In this document: piece after piece, positions 1-9,137 of the stretch
Layout of the letters: each line of letters begins with the position of its first letter
Numbering within the stretch: the stretch's first letter is position 1
Assembly: GCA_964500695.1 (NCBI GenBank)
Contig: CAZCNT010000001.1
Coordinates: 1-59,515 of the forward strand
Source: an uncultured Gammaproteobacteria bacterium
Lineage (GTDB): Bacteria; Patescibacteriota; Microgenomatia; UBA8517
Length of the DNA stretch: 59,515 bases
Direction: 5' to 3'
The notes under the pieces: generated by a model
Told to the model about the DNA's origin: nothing
Seen by the model: the letters and a program-made list of their open reading frames with translations, nothing else
Databases searched by the model: none
Position numbers and translations under genes: made by a program

Positions 1-134
1 AGGTTCTTCCTGCCTTTGGTATCAAAAACCAAAACTGGGCAACTTTCAATAATTTTACCGGCCTCAAAATTTTTCAATGCAAAGACACCCCTGCCTTTTT
101 TACCTGTTCTTTTGATCTCAACATGGTATTGCAT
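1..134 (-). CDS. SET-domain protein, N-terminal part (CDS runs off the window start)
   Basis: Reverse-strand ATG at 134..132. Hand translation MQYHVEIKRTGKKGRGVFALKNFEAGKIIESCPVLVFD resembles the GRGVFA N-terminal region of bacterial SET-domain proteins. Absent from the ORF track because it is truncated. Confidence 0.5.
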   Translation of the reverse strand, partial: MQYHVEIKRTGKKGRGVFALKNFEAGKIIESCPVLVFDTKGRKN

Positions 135-207
135 AATGGGATTATATCAGGAAGAGGTGTTGCCGGGGAGTCTTGTTCAATTTCTTGAATTTTGACTCCC
201 CGTCAGT

Positions 208-651
208 TCAATCCCAATCAATATAGAATCTATTCTTGCCCCATTCTTTCAGACGATGTGGCCAGTTTGGAATGTAATCTTCGATTCCAAGAAATATAGT
301 TCCCAAGCCAATTATCCTTGTTATCCACCAGGCAGGGTCAATTGCCAGGAAGATCATTAACATCGCCCAGATCAGGAATACGCTGTAAAAGATTGAAAAA
401 TCGTGGAAATCCGCTTGATTTGTAAATACCAAATAGTGGAGCACACCAAACATTACTAAAATTACCAGGGTGTTTATGACCGTATAGTAACTCACATAAA
501 GTGGCAACCCATCTATCATTTGGTACATTTCTCTTTTTTGAAAGAGGATTCCAAAAAGCGACGTTCCCAGGAAAACGAAAAACCAAACTTTTAGCAATAT
601 ATTCCCTAACAGATATTTTGCACTCATGTCACTCTCCTTTTTAATGAACAC
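208..651 (-). CDS. hypothetical multi-pass membrane protein
   Basis: 147-aa ORF with four to five hydrophobic segments. The overlapping 338..586 ORF looks spurious. Confidence 0.6.
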   Translation of the reverse strand: MFIKKESDMSAKYLLGNILLKVWFFVFLGTSLFGILFQKREMYQMIDGLPLYVSYYTVINTLVILVMFGVLHYLVFTNQADFHDFSIFYSVFLIWAMLMIFLAIDPAWWITRIIGLGTIFLGIEDYIPNWPHRLKEWGKNRFYIDWD

Positions 652-749
652 TAATTTGGATTTGAACTTTGTGGGGATTATAACACACCGCTAGCAGCTT
701 TCATAAACTCCACCACAATTACATTGATAGCCTTTGAAGATAACTTTAT

Positions 750-960
750 TTATCGCTTTTCCGCATTTTCTGCAATTTCGTTAGCGATTTTAAGTGAGTA
801 GTCGTAGTCAATATCAAACAAAAGGGTGCCGTTAAGAAGTGCTTTTTGTCCATCAAGGCTACTCGATTCATAGATAACAACCTTGGTTTGAAGTTTTTTT
901 GGCGGGAGTTTTTACGGTTACGAAACTTTCCATAATGACTATATAACATTCTCCCGCCTA
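750..960 (-). pseudogene. degenerate partial paralog of the 2533..3309 gene
   Basis: Hand translation of the reverse strand gives PPKKLQTKVVIYESSSLDGQKALLNGTLLFDIDYDYSLKIANEIAENAEKR*. This aligns with PPHELRTGQTKLVVYEISELDGQKSLLNRTLLFDINYSDSLRIANEITRAFG of the 258-aa protein. The frame is broken by stops just upstream and there is no start codon. The track ORF 746..1021 is in another frame. Confidence 0.65.
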
Positions 961-989
961 AACGGCGAGCCACAGTTCCTAAAGAATAC

Positions 990-998
990 TGATATAAT
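990..998 (+). promoter_or_regulatory. extended -10 (TGaTATAAT) 8 nt upstream of the epmA ATG, with no SD; possible leaderless mRNA
   Basis: TGATATAAT at 990..998, ATG at 1007, and no purine-rich SD between them. Confidence 0.4.
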
Positions 999-1006
999 AG
1001 CCCCAA

Positions 1007-1957
1007 ATGAACATCTCGCAAAGTATTGAAATTCGGGAAAAAGTGATTGATGTAATCCGGTCTTTTTTCAAAAATAAGGGGTTTCGAGAAGTTTTTACTC
1101 CAATTTTGGTTCCGGTTCCTTCAATTGAACCCAATTTAGAGGTATTTGAAACCCTCCTTCGCTCTCCGAGCTACGGAAGGGCAAGCCCAGGAAAAAAGAG
1201 GAGAGCCTTTTTAATAATGAGCCCGGAGTTTTCTATAAAGAAACTTCTTGCTGTGGGAGTCGGGAACTGTTTTGAAATAACCAAATGTTTCAGGAACGAA
1301 GAGGAAGTTTCAAGGCTTCATTCTCCGGAATTTACAATGCTTGAGTGGTACAGGGTGGGGGCCAATTATTTAGACGTAATGAAAGACTTTGAGAATTTAT
1401 TTCTTAAAATAGTCGGTAGAAACAAAATGACGTATCAGGGCAAGGCTTATGACTTGAGTTTGCCATGGCCCAGAATAAGCGTGGCCGAGGCTTTTCAAAA
1501 GTTTGCACACAAAGATGTTCTAAAAGTGAAAGACGAAGATTTTTACAAGATATTTTTTAATGAAATCGAGCCCAAGTTGACAAGAAGCAATAAGCCCTTT
1601 TTTATTTATGATTATCCGGTTTCCCAGGCGTCTCTATCACGGCCCAAAAAGGAAGATCCGCGTTTTGCTGAAAGATTTGAAGTTTTTTTGGCGGGAATTG
1701 AGCTTGGGAATTGCTTTTCGGAGTTAATTGATTGGCGGGAACAAAAAAGAAGATTCGAAGCAGAAAGAGCAGAGCGTAAAAGATTCGGAAGGACAGTATA
1801 TTCAATTGACGAGGATTTAATTAAGGCTTTAAAATTCGGATTACCGGAGGTGTCGGGGATTGCTGTTGGGGTGGATAGATTGATAATGCTGGCCACCAAC
1901 GCCCCTGAGATTTCTGATACAATAGTCCTCCCGGCTCAAGAAATTTTTAAGATATGA
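1007..1957 (+). CDS. epmA: EF-P lysine beta-lysyltransferase (LysRS-paralog, class II aaRS core without anticodon domain)
   Basis: 316 aa containing FRNEE...SPEFTMLEWY and a class II core. Overlaps efp by 4 nt (ATGA). Confidence 0.85.
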   Translation: MNISQSIEIREKVIDVIRSFFKNKGFREVFTPILVPVPSIEPNLEVFETLLRSPSYGRASPGKKRRAFLIMSPEFSIKKLLAVGVGNCFEITKCFRNEEEVSRLHSPEFTMLEWYRVGANYLDVMKDFENLFLKIVGRNKMTYQGKAYDLSLPWPRISVAEAFQKFAHKDVLKVKDEDFYKIFFNEIEPKLTRSNKPFFIYDYPVSQASLSRPKKEDPRFAERFEVFLAGIELGNCFSELIDWREQKRRFEAERAERKRFGRTVYSIDEDLIKALKFGLPEVSGIAVGVDRLIMLATNAPEISDTIVLPAQEIFKI

Positions 1958-2520
1958 TTTCGGTTAACGCAGGCAATATTACAAAAGGAATGTACCTTAT
2001 TTTTAAGGGCAAGCCTCATTTTGTAACAAAGGCTGACTTCATGTCTCCGGGTAAGGGCGCAGCCGTAATGAGAGTTAAATATAAAAGTGTTGACACCGGC
2101 GCGGCAATTGAGTTTACCTATAAAACCAACGAACAGGTGGAAGTCGCCGATATTGAAAAGCGCGAAATGGAGTTTTCGTATCGGGACGGGGCTGAGATGG
2201 TTTTTATGAACCCCAAGAATTACGACCAAGTAAGCGTTCCGTTTACTTTGGTAGAGGACAAAATTGGATTTTTTTTGGGGAATATAAAGTGCTGGGTGAT
2301 GTTTTTCGATGGCCTGGCCATCGGGGTGGCTCTGCCATCAAGCGTAATTCTTAAAGTTGTTGAATCTCCAAACGAAGTTGCGGGCAATAGGATTAATGCT
2401 CCGAAAAAGACAGTAAAACTTGAGACCGGAATGGAAGTTCAGGTCCCGATTTTTATAAAAAAGGGAGAAAAAGTAATGATTGATACAGAAACCAAAGAAT
2501 ACTTAGGAAGAGTAAAGTAA
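1954..2520 (+). CDS. efp: elongation factor P
   Basis: 188 aa with GMYLIFKGKPHFV...SPGKGAAVMRVKYK, including the conserved KPGKG-type loop. Confidence 0.93.
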   Translation: MISVNAGNITKGMYLIFKGKPHFVTKADFMSPGKGAAVMRVKYKSVDTGAAIEFTYKTNEQVEVADIEKREMEFSYRDGAEMVFMNPKNYDQVSVPFTLVEDKIGFFLGNIKCWVMFFDGLAIGVALPSSVILKVVESPNEVAGNRINAPKKTVKLETGMEVQVPIFIKKGEKVMIDTETKEYLGRVK

Positions 2521-2532
2521 ACGGATGATGAT

Positions 2533-3309
2533 TTAGCAGCCTTCGTAAACTCCTCCGCATCCACACCGATAACCTTTAAAAATGGTTTTGTTTATTTCCT
2601 TTCCACATCTACCGCAGTTTTTGACAAACTTCCCCTCAAGTATTTGGGAATGGAGGCTCAAAACATCCGAAGCGAGCCCCGGAGGGCAACTGCCCGGATT
2701 ATTACCCATGTTCTGTTCGGATTTTCCCGCTAAAACCCACTCGATGGCTCTTTGGGTAATGGCAATATCTTCTCCGTTTTCTAATATTGACCATTGCCGC
2801 GGGTCATTAATAATATTGGTAATAATTCCTAGCCAAACATCTTGATTCATATTAAATGCGGCAAATATTGTATTTGATCTGACTTCCTCAGGATCGGTAA
2901 AACGTGACATGTTTCCGAAAGCCCTCGTAATTTCGTTGGCGATTCTAAGTGAATCGGAATAATTAATATCAAAAAGGAGCGTGCGATTAAGTAGTGACTT
3001 TTGTCCATCAAGTTCACTTATTTCATAAACGACAAGTTTAGTTTGTCCGGTCCGAAGCTCGTGGGGCGGACTTAGCCAGAAGGCTAAACCTTCAGGACTG
3101 TCCACTGCCCAGTTTTGTGCCTGGTCAAAAGCGGCAAACTCCCTTTGGCCAATTAAGGATACCTTTTCCATGGAGTTTTCTACTGGTTTTCCCGTAAAGG
3201 GTGAAACTAGTTTTCGGCCATAGAGAAGAAAAGAGTATCGGTCCGGTTCCTGACGGCTTTCAATGACCTCTGAAGCTCTCTCTGCAATTATTTGTTCTGC
3301 GTATGACAT
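2533..3309 (-). CDS. hypothetical protein with C-terminal Cys-rich zinc-ribbon-like tail
   Basis: 258-aa ORF with C-terminal CGRCGKEINKTIFKGYRCGCGGVYEGC. A decayed paralog lies at 750..960. Confidence 0.65.
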   Translation of the reverse strand: MSYAEQIIAERASEVIESRQEPDRYSFLLYGRKLVSPFTGKPVENSMEKVSLIGQREFAAFDQAQNWAVDSPEGLAFWLSPPHELRTGQTKLVVYEISELDGQKSLLNRTLLFDINYSDSLRIANEITRAFGNMSRFTDPEEVRSNTIFAAFNMNQDVWLGIITNIINDPRQWSILENGEDIAITQRAIEWVLAGKSEQNMGNNPGSCPPGLASDVLSLHSQILEGKFVKNCGRCGKEINKTIFKGYRCGCGGVYEGC

Positions 3310-3714
3310 ATTCCTGCTCGGGTTTCTTAGGCTCTGGATATAACAGTAGCGGCACTTCTACGGAATTCCACCGTATTTCACCAACGGATTAATTTACTTT
3401 GCGTCAAGGTTCCCGTCAAGTGGTAAAAGGGAAATTGGTTTGGTTGGCTTCTACCCAGTGGTTACTGGTCGCCTTAGTTTTAGCAGGTTTTGGGGTTTAT
3501 TTGAAAGTTGATTAAGACTGGTCCCAGTTAGATAATGCTGCGGCATATCTAACGGGAAGCCGTTGGATGCTATGCTATCCAAACGGTTCGGGAAAAGAGC
3601 GGTAAATATGCGGAAATTTACTCACACCAAATTTGACAAACAAAACCCAAAGTGGTATCTTACGCCCTAGATAAGCAGAGCTTGAAATATCTGTTTATAT
3701 TTTAAAGGTATATT

Positions 3715-4206
3715 ATGAAAACAAGAGACGTCGTAACCGGTTTTATTGTCCTTACGGTTCTTATCGCTGGGGTTTTGTGGTTTAGAAACTTGAAAAACAG
3801 AAAGACGGTATCCATTCCCACTCCTACCCCCATTTCTATAATTGAAAAGAAAGTTACCCAGAAATTCGGGGGTTTAAAAATTCCCGCCAATGCAGATAAG
3901 GCGGACTTGAAGGATGTTTCCGGAGGTGTTGGCCTTGGAGAGGCGGTCAGAACCTATCAAAACGGTAAATTTAGTTTGACCATCCTCGCCGGTCTTCCGG
4001 ATCCAAAGACGGGTTATTTTTATCAGGGCTGGATAGTCAATGGGACAACTTATCTTTCGCTTGGAAAATTAAGAGTTGCAAAGGGCGGATATTTGGTTGA
4101 TTTTAGATCTACCACGAATTACTCGAACATTAAAAACGTAGTTGTCACCTTGGAGAAAGTTTTTAACAACACTCCCGAAACCCGCATTCTTGAAGGGTCC
4201 TTCTAA
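3715..4206 (+). CDS. hypothetical membrane-anchored protein
   Basis: 163 aa with one N-terminal TM segment followed by a soluble beta-rich-looking domain. Confidence 0.6.
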   Translation: MKTRDVVTGFIVLTVLIAGVLWFRNLKNRKTVSIPTPTPISIIEKKVTQKFGGLKIPANADKADLKDVSGGVGLGEAVRTYQNGKFSLTILAGLPDPKTGYFYQGWIVNGTTYLSLGKLRVAKGGYLVDFRSTTNYSNIKNVVVTLEKVFNNTPETRILEGSF

Positions 4207-4321
4207 TTCTTCTCTAATCATCGTTGCGATGGTTATACAAGCTCGCAAAGCGCCCAAAAACGAACAGTTTGTGAGATTTTGGAATAGCTTCTATAATAGT
4301 CTTAGTGCAAAGTGTTCACGT

Positions 4322-4573
4322 ATGACGATTGTTATTTATTCCACAACGACCTGTCCTTATTGCAAGATGCTTAAGGATTATCTAAAGGAGAAGAATCTTA
4401 CCTATACGGAGAAATTGGTCGATACTGATGAGACTGCTAAGAACGAGATGGTGGCATCTTCCGGCGGTTTTTTGGGCGTTCCTTTTGTTGTAATTACCAA
4501 AGACGACGGTAATAAAGAAACGGTAATTGGGTTTGATAAGGGCAAAATTAATTTTGTTTTGGGAATTCAATAA
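4322..4573 (+). CDS. glutaredoxin/NrdH-like small redoxin
   Basis: Internal ATG of track ORF 4142..4573. MTIVIYSTTTCPYCKMLKDYL carries a CPYC active site. 83 aa. Confidence 0.8.
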   Translation: MTIVIYSTTTCPYCKMLKDYLKEKNLTYTEKLVDTDETAKNEMVASSGGFLGVPFVVITKDDGNKETVIGFDKGKINFVLGIQ

Positions 4574-5232
4574 TGATTTTCGTCAATTATAAGACATATG
4601 AAGAAGGGACCGGGCAAAAAGCGGTTGTTCTAACAAAAATTTTGGAAGAAGTTGCTCACGAGACTCAGGTTAAAATCATCCCCGTTGTTCAAATAATAGA
4701 TGCCGAAAGTATTTTGGCCGCAACTACTTTGGAGGTTTGGATTCAACATGTGGACCCGGTGAGTTATGGAGCGCACACCGGCTGGACGCTGCCTGAAGAG
4801 GCCGCAAGGGTCGGAATTTCCGGAGTATTTTTGAATCACTCGGAGCATAAGTTTGACAATTTTGAAAACCTTAGCGTCGCTAACGAAAAAGCGAAGTCTG
4901 CAAATCTAAAAACTTTGATTTTTGCCGGTGACCTGGAAGAACTTAAAAAGGTTTGTGACTTGAATCCAACTTATGTCTCATACGAACCACCTGAATTTAT
5001 CGGTTCGGTAACAACCTCGGTTGCGGAAGCCAAACCAGAAATTGTTTCCCAGGCTGCCGGAATCGCTAGGAGTTTTGGATTGCCTCTTATAGTTGGGGCC
5101 GGAATACATTCGATGGATGATGTCAGAAAAAGTCTGGAGCTCGGAGCGGTTGGAGTTGCCGTGGCAACCGATATCGTCAAGGCGGAAGATCCCAAAAAAG
5201 AACTCTTAGACTTAACGGAGGGGTTCAAATGA
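4573..5232 (+). CDS. tpiA: triosephosphate isomerase, short archaeal-type
   Basis: 219 aa with VNYKTY, NHSEHK, YEPPEFIG and VGAGI motifs. The start overlaps the previous stop (TAATG). Confidence 0.85.
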   Translation: MIFVNYKTYEEGTGQKAVVLTKILEEVAHETQVKIIPVVQIIDAESILAATTLEVWIQHVDPVSYGAHTGWTLPEEAARVGISGVFLNHSEHKFDNFENLSVANEKAKSANLKTLIFAGDLEELKKVCDLNPTYVSYEPPEFIGSVTTSVAEAKPEIVSQAAGIARSFGLPLIVGAGIHSMDDVRKSLELGAVGVAVATDIVKAEDPKKELLDLTEGFK

Positions 5233-5252
5233 TATTTATCGGAGCAGACCAT

Positions 5253-5276
5253 CCCACTTCGCCAAGGCTTCGCGGG
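5253..5276. repeat. intergenic copy of the 26-nt G+C-rich element (core CCCACTTCGCCAAGGCTTCGCGGG)
   Basis: Near-identical to 12331..12356 and 54213..54238. Confidence 0.85.
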
Positions 5277-5299
5277 ACAAGTCGTGGTAATATTGTTTT

Positions 5300-5749
5300 A
5301 TGAAGATCTTTTTGGGTTCGGATCATCGTGGATTTTTGCTTAAGGAAAAAATTGCCAAATGGCTTTATGAGATGAAGCGTGAGTTTCAGGATCTTGGAGC
5401 AGACAGTCTTAATTCTCATGATGATTATACAAAGTACGCCGAAGAGGTGGCCTCACTTGTTGCCAAAACCGAAGGATCCCGTGGGGTGCTTCTTTGCGGG
5501 AGCGGGGTAGGAGTGGAAGTTTTGGCCAACAAATATGATGGAATACGGGCTTCGATAGGGAAGAGTGTTTTGCAGGTTAAAGCGGGAAGGAATGATGACA
5601 ACATAAATATTTTGGTGATCGCCGCCGATTTTACGAGTGAAAAAGAAGCAAAAGCGATGTTGATAGCATTTTTGGAAACTAAATTTTCCGGCAAAGCCAG
5701 ATACGAAAAAAGATTGGAAGAAATAGAGAGAATAGAAGCAAATAATTAG
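5300..5749 (+). CDS. rpiB: ribose-5-phosphate isomerase B
   Basis: 149 aa with GSDHRGF and LLCGSGVGVEVLANK. Confidence 0.9.
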   Translation: MKIFLGSDHRGFLLKEKIAKWLYEMKREFQDLGADSLNSHDDYTKYAEEVASLVAKTEGSRGVLLCGSGVGVEVLANKYDGIRASIGKSVLQVKAGRNDDNINILVIAADFTSEKEAKAMLIAFLETKFSGKARYEKRLEEIERIEANN

Positions 5750-6013
5750 CTACTTAATTACAGGTACTTCAGGTTTGGCCTCGAATTCTCCAGTTACACA
5801 AGGAGAATCTGCCCAAGCTATATTGCGCGCAGAGCAAGTTCTTCTAACTGGTAACACTTCTTCACCCGTGGCAACATCTGTAGCCATTGGAATTGGAGCA
5901 TCAACTTCTTCAGTGAGCAGACAGTTTCCACAAACCCGAATAGCTTCTAACATGGGGCGAGTATAGCCAGTGTGTGTGGAAGTCAATACTGGGCTTGACA
6001 AAATACTTATCAT
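5750..6013 (-). CDS. hypothetical small Cys-containing protein (uncertain)
   Basis: 87-aa ORF that looks more G+C-rich than its surroundings by eye. No recognisable family. A competing + strand ORF lies at 5775..5966. Confidence 0.3.
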   Translation of the reverse strand: MISILSSPVLTSTHTGYTRPMLEAIRVCGNCLLTEEVDAPIPMATDVATGEEVLPVRRTCSARNIAWADSPCVTGEFEAKPEVPVIK

Positions 6014-6032
6014 ATAGTAATATGCTTGTTAT

Positions 6033-6317
6033 ATGATAACAATTCCCAATATGGTTAAGGTGGCCGATATTCAGAGGAGATATAGGTATCTTGTTGAAGA
6101 AATGAAAAAAGCCAAAAAACCTGTGGTTATTTTGAATAACGGCACTCCCGATGCGGTGGTGATGGATGTTGCGACATATAATACTTTTGTAGAAAGGCTG
6201 AATGAATTTGAGGAAAATTATCTTTTGGCAGTTGCCGATGAGGGTATAAAAGAGTTCGAAAAAGGAAAAACCATCCCACTTAAGAAGAATCAAAAGCTTC
6301 TGGATTTGATACAATAG
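6033..6317 (+). CDS. Phd/YefM-family antitoxin
   Basis: 94 aa with the typical N-terminus (...KKPVVILNNGTPDAVVMD). Directly followed by a RelE-like gene. Confidence 0.8.
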   Translation: MITIPNMVKVADIQRRYRYLVEEMKKAKKPVVILNNGTPDAVVMDVATYNTFVERLNEFEENYLLAVADEGIKEFEKGKTIPLKKNQKLLDLIQ

Positions 6318-6322
6318 TTTAA

Positions 6323-6583
6323 ATGGACATTGAGTTGTCTTCTAATTTTTTGAAAAAGGCGAAGAGACTTTCAAAAGAAGAAAAGGTTTTATTGTCTGAT
6401 AGAATTGAGATTTTCCGAGACAATGTAAACGATTCTAGGTTGAAAATACACCCTTTGACGGGAAAATTAAAAGGTCTTTTGTCTTTTTCTTTAAATTATT
6501 CAAAAAGAGTTACCTTTGTATACTTGGAAAAAGAAAAAGTTTTGTTTATTGACGTTGGGAGTCATGATCAAGTTTATAAGTAA
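6323..6583 (+). CDS. RelE/YafQ-family mRNA interferase toxin
   Basis: 86 aa with HPLTGKLKGLLSFSLNYSKRVTF...VGSHDQVY. Confidence 0.75.
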   Translation: MDIELSSNFLKKAKRLSKEEKVLLSDRIEIFRDNVNDSRLKIHPLTGKLKGLLSFSLNYSKRVTFVYLEKEKVLFIDVGSHDQVYK

Positions 6584-6585
6584 AT

Positions 6586-7554
6586 ATGATTCTGCCCAAA
6601 ATAACGGATTTAGACGTAATCGGTAAAAGGGTTTTGCTTCGACTTGACCTTGATTGCAATCCCGACCCAAACGATTTAAGAATTAAGGCTTCCGAGGAAA
6701 CTCTCAATTATTTAAAAGAAAGAGGTGCAAGAATAATAATTTTGGCGCATAGAGGCCGTCCCGCCTCCGCAGATGCTTCGGCGAGACAAGCCCTGAGTTT
6801 ACTTCCATTTCAACCAATTTTTGACAAATGGGGAGCAAAAGTAGAAGAAAACTTGAGATTTGACCAGGGTGAAGAATCTAACGATCCTGAATTTGCAAAA
6901 AAACTGGCATCAATGGGCGATTGCTACGTAAACGAAACCTTTGGTTCAAGCCATCGTGAACACGCTTCAATAGTAGGGTTACCAAAATTACTTCCACACG
7001 CAGCCGGCCTTCATTTTGTCAAAGAAATAGAAAATTTAAGCAAGGTGATCGAGAGCCCGGAACACCCCGTACTAATAATCATTAGTGGAATTAAAAAAGA
7101 TAAATTGGAAATGATTGAACCTCTGAGTAATGTTTTTGACAAGGTTCTGGTTGGAGGCCGTTTACCTGAATTTTTGGGGGATGCTTCTTTGGAAAGCGTT
7201 AGGCTTCAAGGGGAAAATAAGAAAGTAATTGTGGGGAATCTTAATATGGATAAAGAAGACATAACCCTGAACACCATCGAGAGATTTGAGAAAGAGATAG
7301 AGAAGGCAAGAACAATCGTCCTAGCAGGTGTTTTAGGAAAATATGAGGATAGTGGCCATAGGCAGGGGACTGAGAGAATATTCAAAGCTGTGGCAGAATC
7401 GCCCGCTTTTAAAATAGTTGGTGGTGGAGATAGTTTGCAAGTAGTAAGCAGTTTAAATCTAAGCCAAAGTTTTGATTGGATTAGCGTTGGTGGCGGTGCA
7501 ATGCTGGAGTTTTTAACAAAAAAAACTTTACCGGGGATCGAAGCCTTGTTGTAA
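6586..7554 (+). CDS. pgk: phosphoglycerate kinase (compact, 322 aa)
   Basis: Contains RLDLD, AHRGRP, NETFGSSHREHAS, VGGGDS and GGGAMLEFL. Shorter than the roughly 390-aa bacterial norm. Confidence 0.88.
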   Translation: MILPKITDLDVIGKRVLLRLDLDCNPDPNDLRIKASEETLNYLKERGARIIILAHRGRPASADASARQALSLLPFQPIFDKWGAKVEENLRFDQGEESNDPEFAKKLASMGDCYVNETFGSSHREHASIVGLPKLLPHAAGLHFVKEIENLSKVIESPEHPVLIIISGIKKDKLEMIEPLSNVFDKVLVGGRLPEFLGDASLESVRLQGENKKVIVGNLNMDKEDITLNTIERFEKEIEKARTIVLAGVLGKYEDSGHRQGTERIFKAVAESPAFKIVGGGDSLQVVSSLNLSQSFDWISVGGGAMLEFLTKKTLPGIEALL

Positions 7555-7675
7555 TGAAATAAAAAGTGGTAATGTTAAATATAGGGCCCGCCTGATTTTC
7601 GCATTTGGCTTTTTGGAACTATTCGTTCACGCCTCATGCCAAAATTTGTCGGCGGGTAAAGAGGAGGTGAGAAAG

Positions 7676-7870
7676 ATGAAGTTAAAGACAATTTCAAAAT
7701 GGTTAGTGATAATTGGAGCTTTGGAAGTGGGTTTCATGAGCGTTTTTAGTTTTGATTTGGTGGGGGCTCTGTTTGGCAGTTGGCCAATGCTTGTTGCCAT
7801 TATTTATGCATTGGTTGGTTTTGCCGGCCTTTGGGGAGCCTACGCCATGCTAATGAATAAGAAGAAGTAA
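7676..7870 (+). CDS. DUF378-like small membrane protein
   Basis: Internal ATG preceded by GAGGAGGTGA. 64 aa with two TM segments. Confidence 0.7.
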   Translation: MKLKTISKWLVIIGALEVGFMSVFSFDLVGALFGSWPMLVAIIYALVGFAGLWGAYAMLMNKKK

Positions 7871-7874
7871 TGGT

Positions 7875-9050
7875 TTAACCCCAGTGGGTTCTGGTTGTTT
7901 GTTTGTACAAATTTTCCAGCTTTTGTATTGACGAAAGCAGACTGTTTTCTTTTGCAGTTTTGCGGCTATTTTTACCCAACTTAAGTCTTAATTTGTTATC
8001 CGAAAGAATTTTAACTATTTTTGTGCTCATGGCGTTAGAATTTGATGGTGAAACAAGGTAGCCGTTAACATCATTAATAACCATTTCGGCAACTCCGGCT
8101 CTTTTTACACCGACGACAGGGAGGCCGCAAGACATCGCTTCTAAAAGTGTTAAGGGTTGGACCTCCATCGCCGATCCTGTAGCAAAAACATCACACCCTT
8201 TGTAATAATTAACAAGTTTCTCTCTGTCTATCGAGCCGTGGAATACAATTTGATTCGATAGCTTGAGTTTGTCCACTAAATTTTTTAGAGATTTTAGTAC
8301 TGGGCCGTCGCCGACAATCTCCATTTTGGCGTCTGAGATTCTTCTCACCACTTTAGCGAATGCCTTTATTACCATATCAACATTTTTTTCGTGGCTCAGT
8401 CTGCCCACATACAATATCTTGAGGTTCGTTTTGGCTCTGACTTTGGCCTTAAATTTATTTGTGTCAATTCCGTTGGACACGACAACAATCTTACCTTTGT
8501 GATTATGAATAAGTAACTGACGCATGATTGTCTTTGCTGGCGAGATAATCACGTCGCAGTCATCAAAAAATTCACCACTTATTTTCCAGATCGCATTTTT
8601 AAATAAATCTTTTTCGGTTTCATCTGTCTTAAAAAATTTATAGATAATATTAAAAGGAGGGAGCGGGGGGAGTACTTCGGACCATAATGTGTGATAAGTG
8701 GTAACAAGCGGCTTCTTTAAAAACCTTGCAAGGAGAATAGCCGAGATGCCAATTGGTCCGGGTGTATGAAAATGAATTATATCGGGATTAAATTTTTTAA
8801 TGGATTTATATATTGTATAAATATTAGGGAAAGAAATACGGGTACCTTTGTAAGTGGGAAGAGGAATAGAAGGATATCGTTCAATCATTACCCCATTTAG
8901 TTTTTCATTTTTATTTCTTTCGGGATAGGATGGGGCATAAATTCTAATTTTGTTACCGCGCGCCGAAAGAAGTTTGGAGTGTTCAGAGACTGTGTAGGTG
9001 ATTCCATCAATTCTGGGTAGAAATGTGTCCGTAAAATAAGCGATTCTCAT
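7875..9050 (-). CDS. GT4-family glycosyltransferase
   Basis: MRIAYFTDTFLPRIDG start at 9050 (the track ORF extends to 9137). C-terminal GT-B motifs (EVQPLTLLEAMSCGLPVV). Confidence 0.8.
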   Translation of the reverse strand: MRIAYFTDTFLPRIDGITYTVSEHSKLLSARGNKIRIYAPSYPERNKNEKLNGVMIERYPSIPLPTYKGTRISFPNIYTIYKSIKKFNPDIIHFHTPGPIGISAILLARFLKKPLVTTYHTLWSEVLPPLPPFNIIYKFFKTDETEKDLFKNAIWKISGEFFDDCDVIISPAKTIMRQLLIHNHKGKIVVVSNGIDTNKFKAKVRAKTNLKILYVGRLSHEKNVDMVIKAFAKVVRRISDAKMEIVGDGPVLKSLKNLVDKLKLSNQIVFHGSIDREKLVNYYKGCDVFATGSAMEVQPLTLLEAMSCGLPVVGVKRAGVAEMVINDVNGYLVSPSNSNAMSTKIVKILSDNKLRLKLGKNSRKTAKENSLLSSIQKLENLYKQTTRTHWG

Positions 9051-9137
9051 AGATATTAGTCGCATTGTAACATCCATCATGCACAAAATAAGCTTTACCT
9101 GATTGGCAAGCGCTGATAGAATAATATTAATGCTCAC

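Noticed and set aside
746-1021. 91-aa minus-strand ORF from the track.
   Set aside because: It is out of frame with the recognisable paralog remnant, overlaps the epmA promoter and start, and has no family resemblance. It is treated as spurious.
3310-3714. RNase P RNA, TPP, cobalamin or purine riboswitch, based on partial resemblances (GATAATGCTGCG...GGGAAG; AAAAGGGAAAT; GCTTCTACC).
   Set aside because: The diagnostic cores are absent on both strands: GGAAAGTCCGG for RNase P, CTGAGA for TPP, a B12 box, and the purine junction with its loops. It is kept only as an unclassified structured-RNA candidate.
6765-6800. Possible extra copies of the 26-nt element inside pgk (GCTTCGGCGAGACAAGCC), epmA (1155-1195) and the 19164 ORF (19209-19245).
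   Set aside because: Similarity is limited to short CTTCG/GCGAAG strings. The encoded protein segments are length-neutral relative to homologs as I remember them, so this is compatible with chance.
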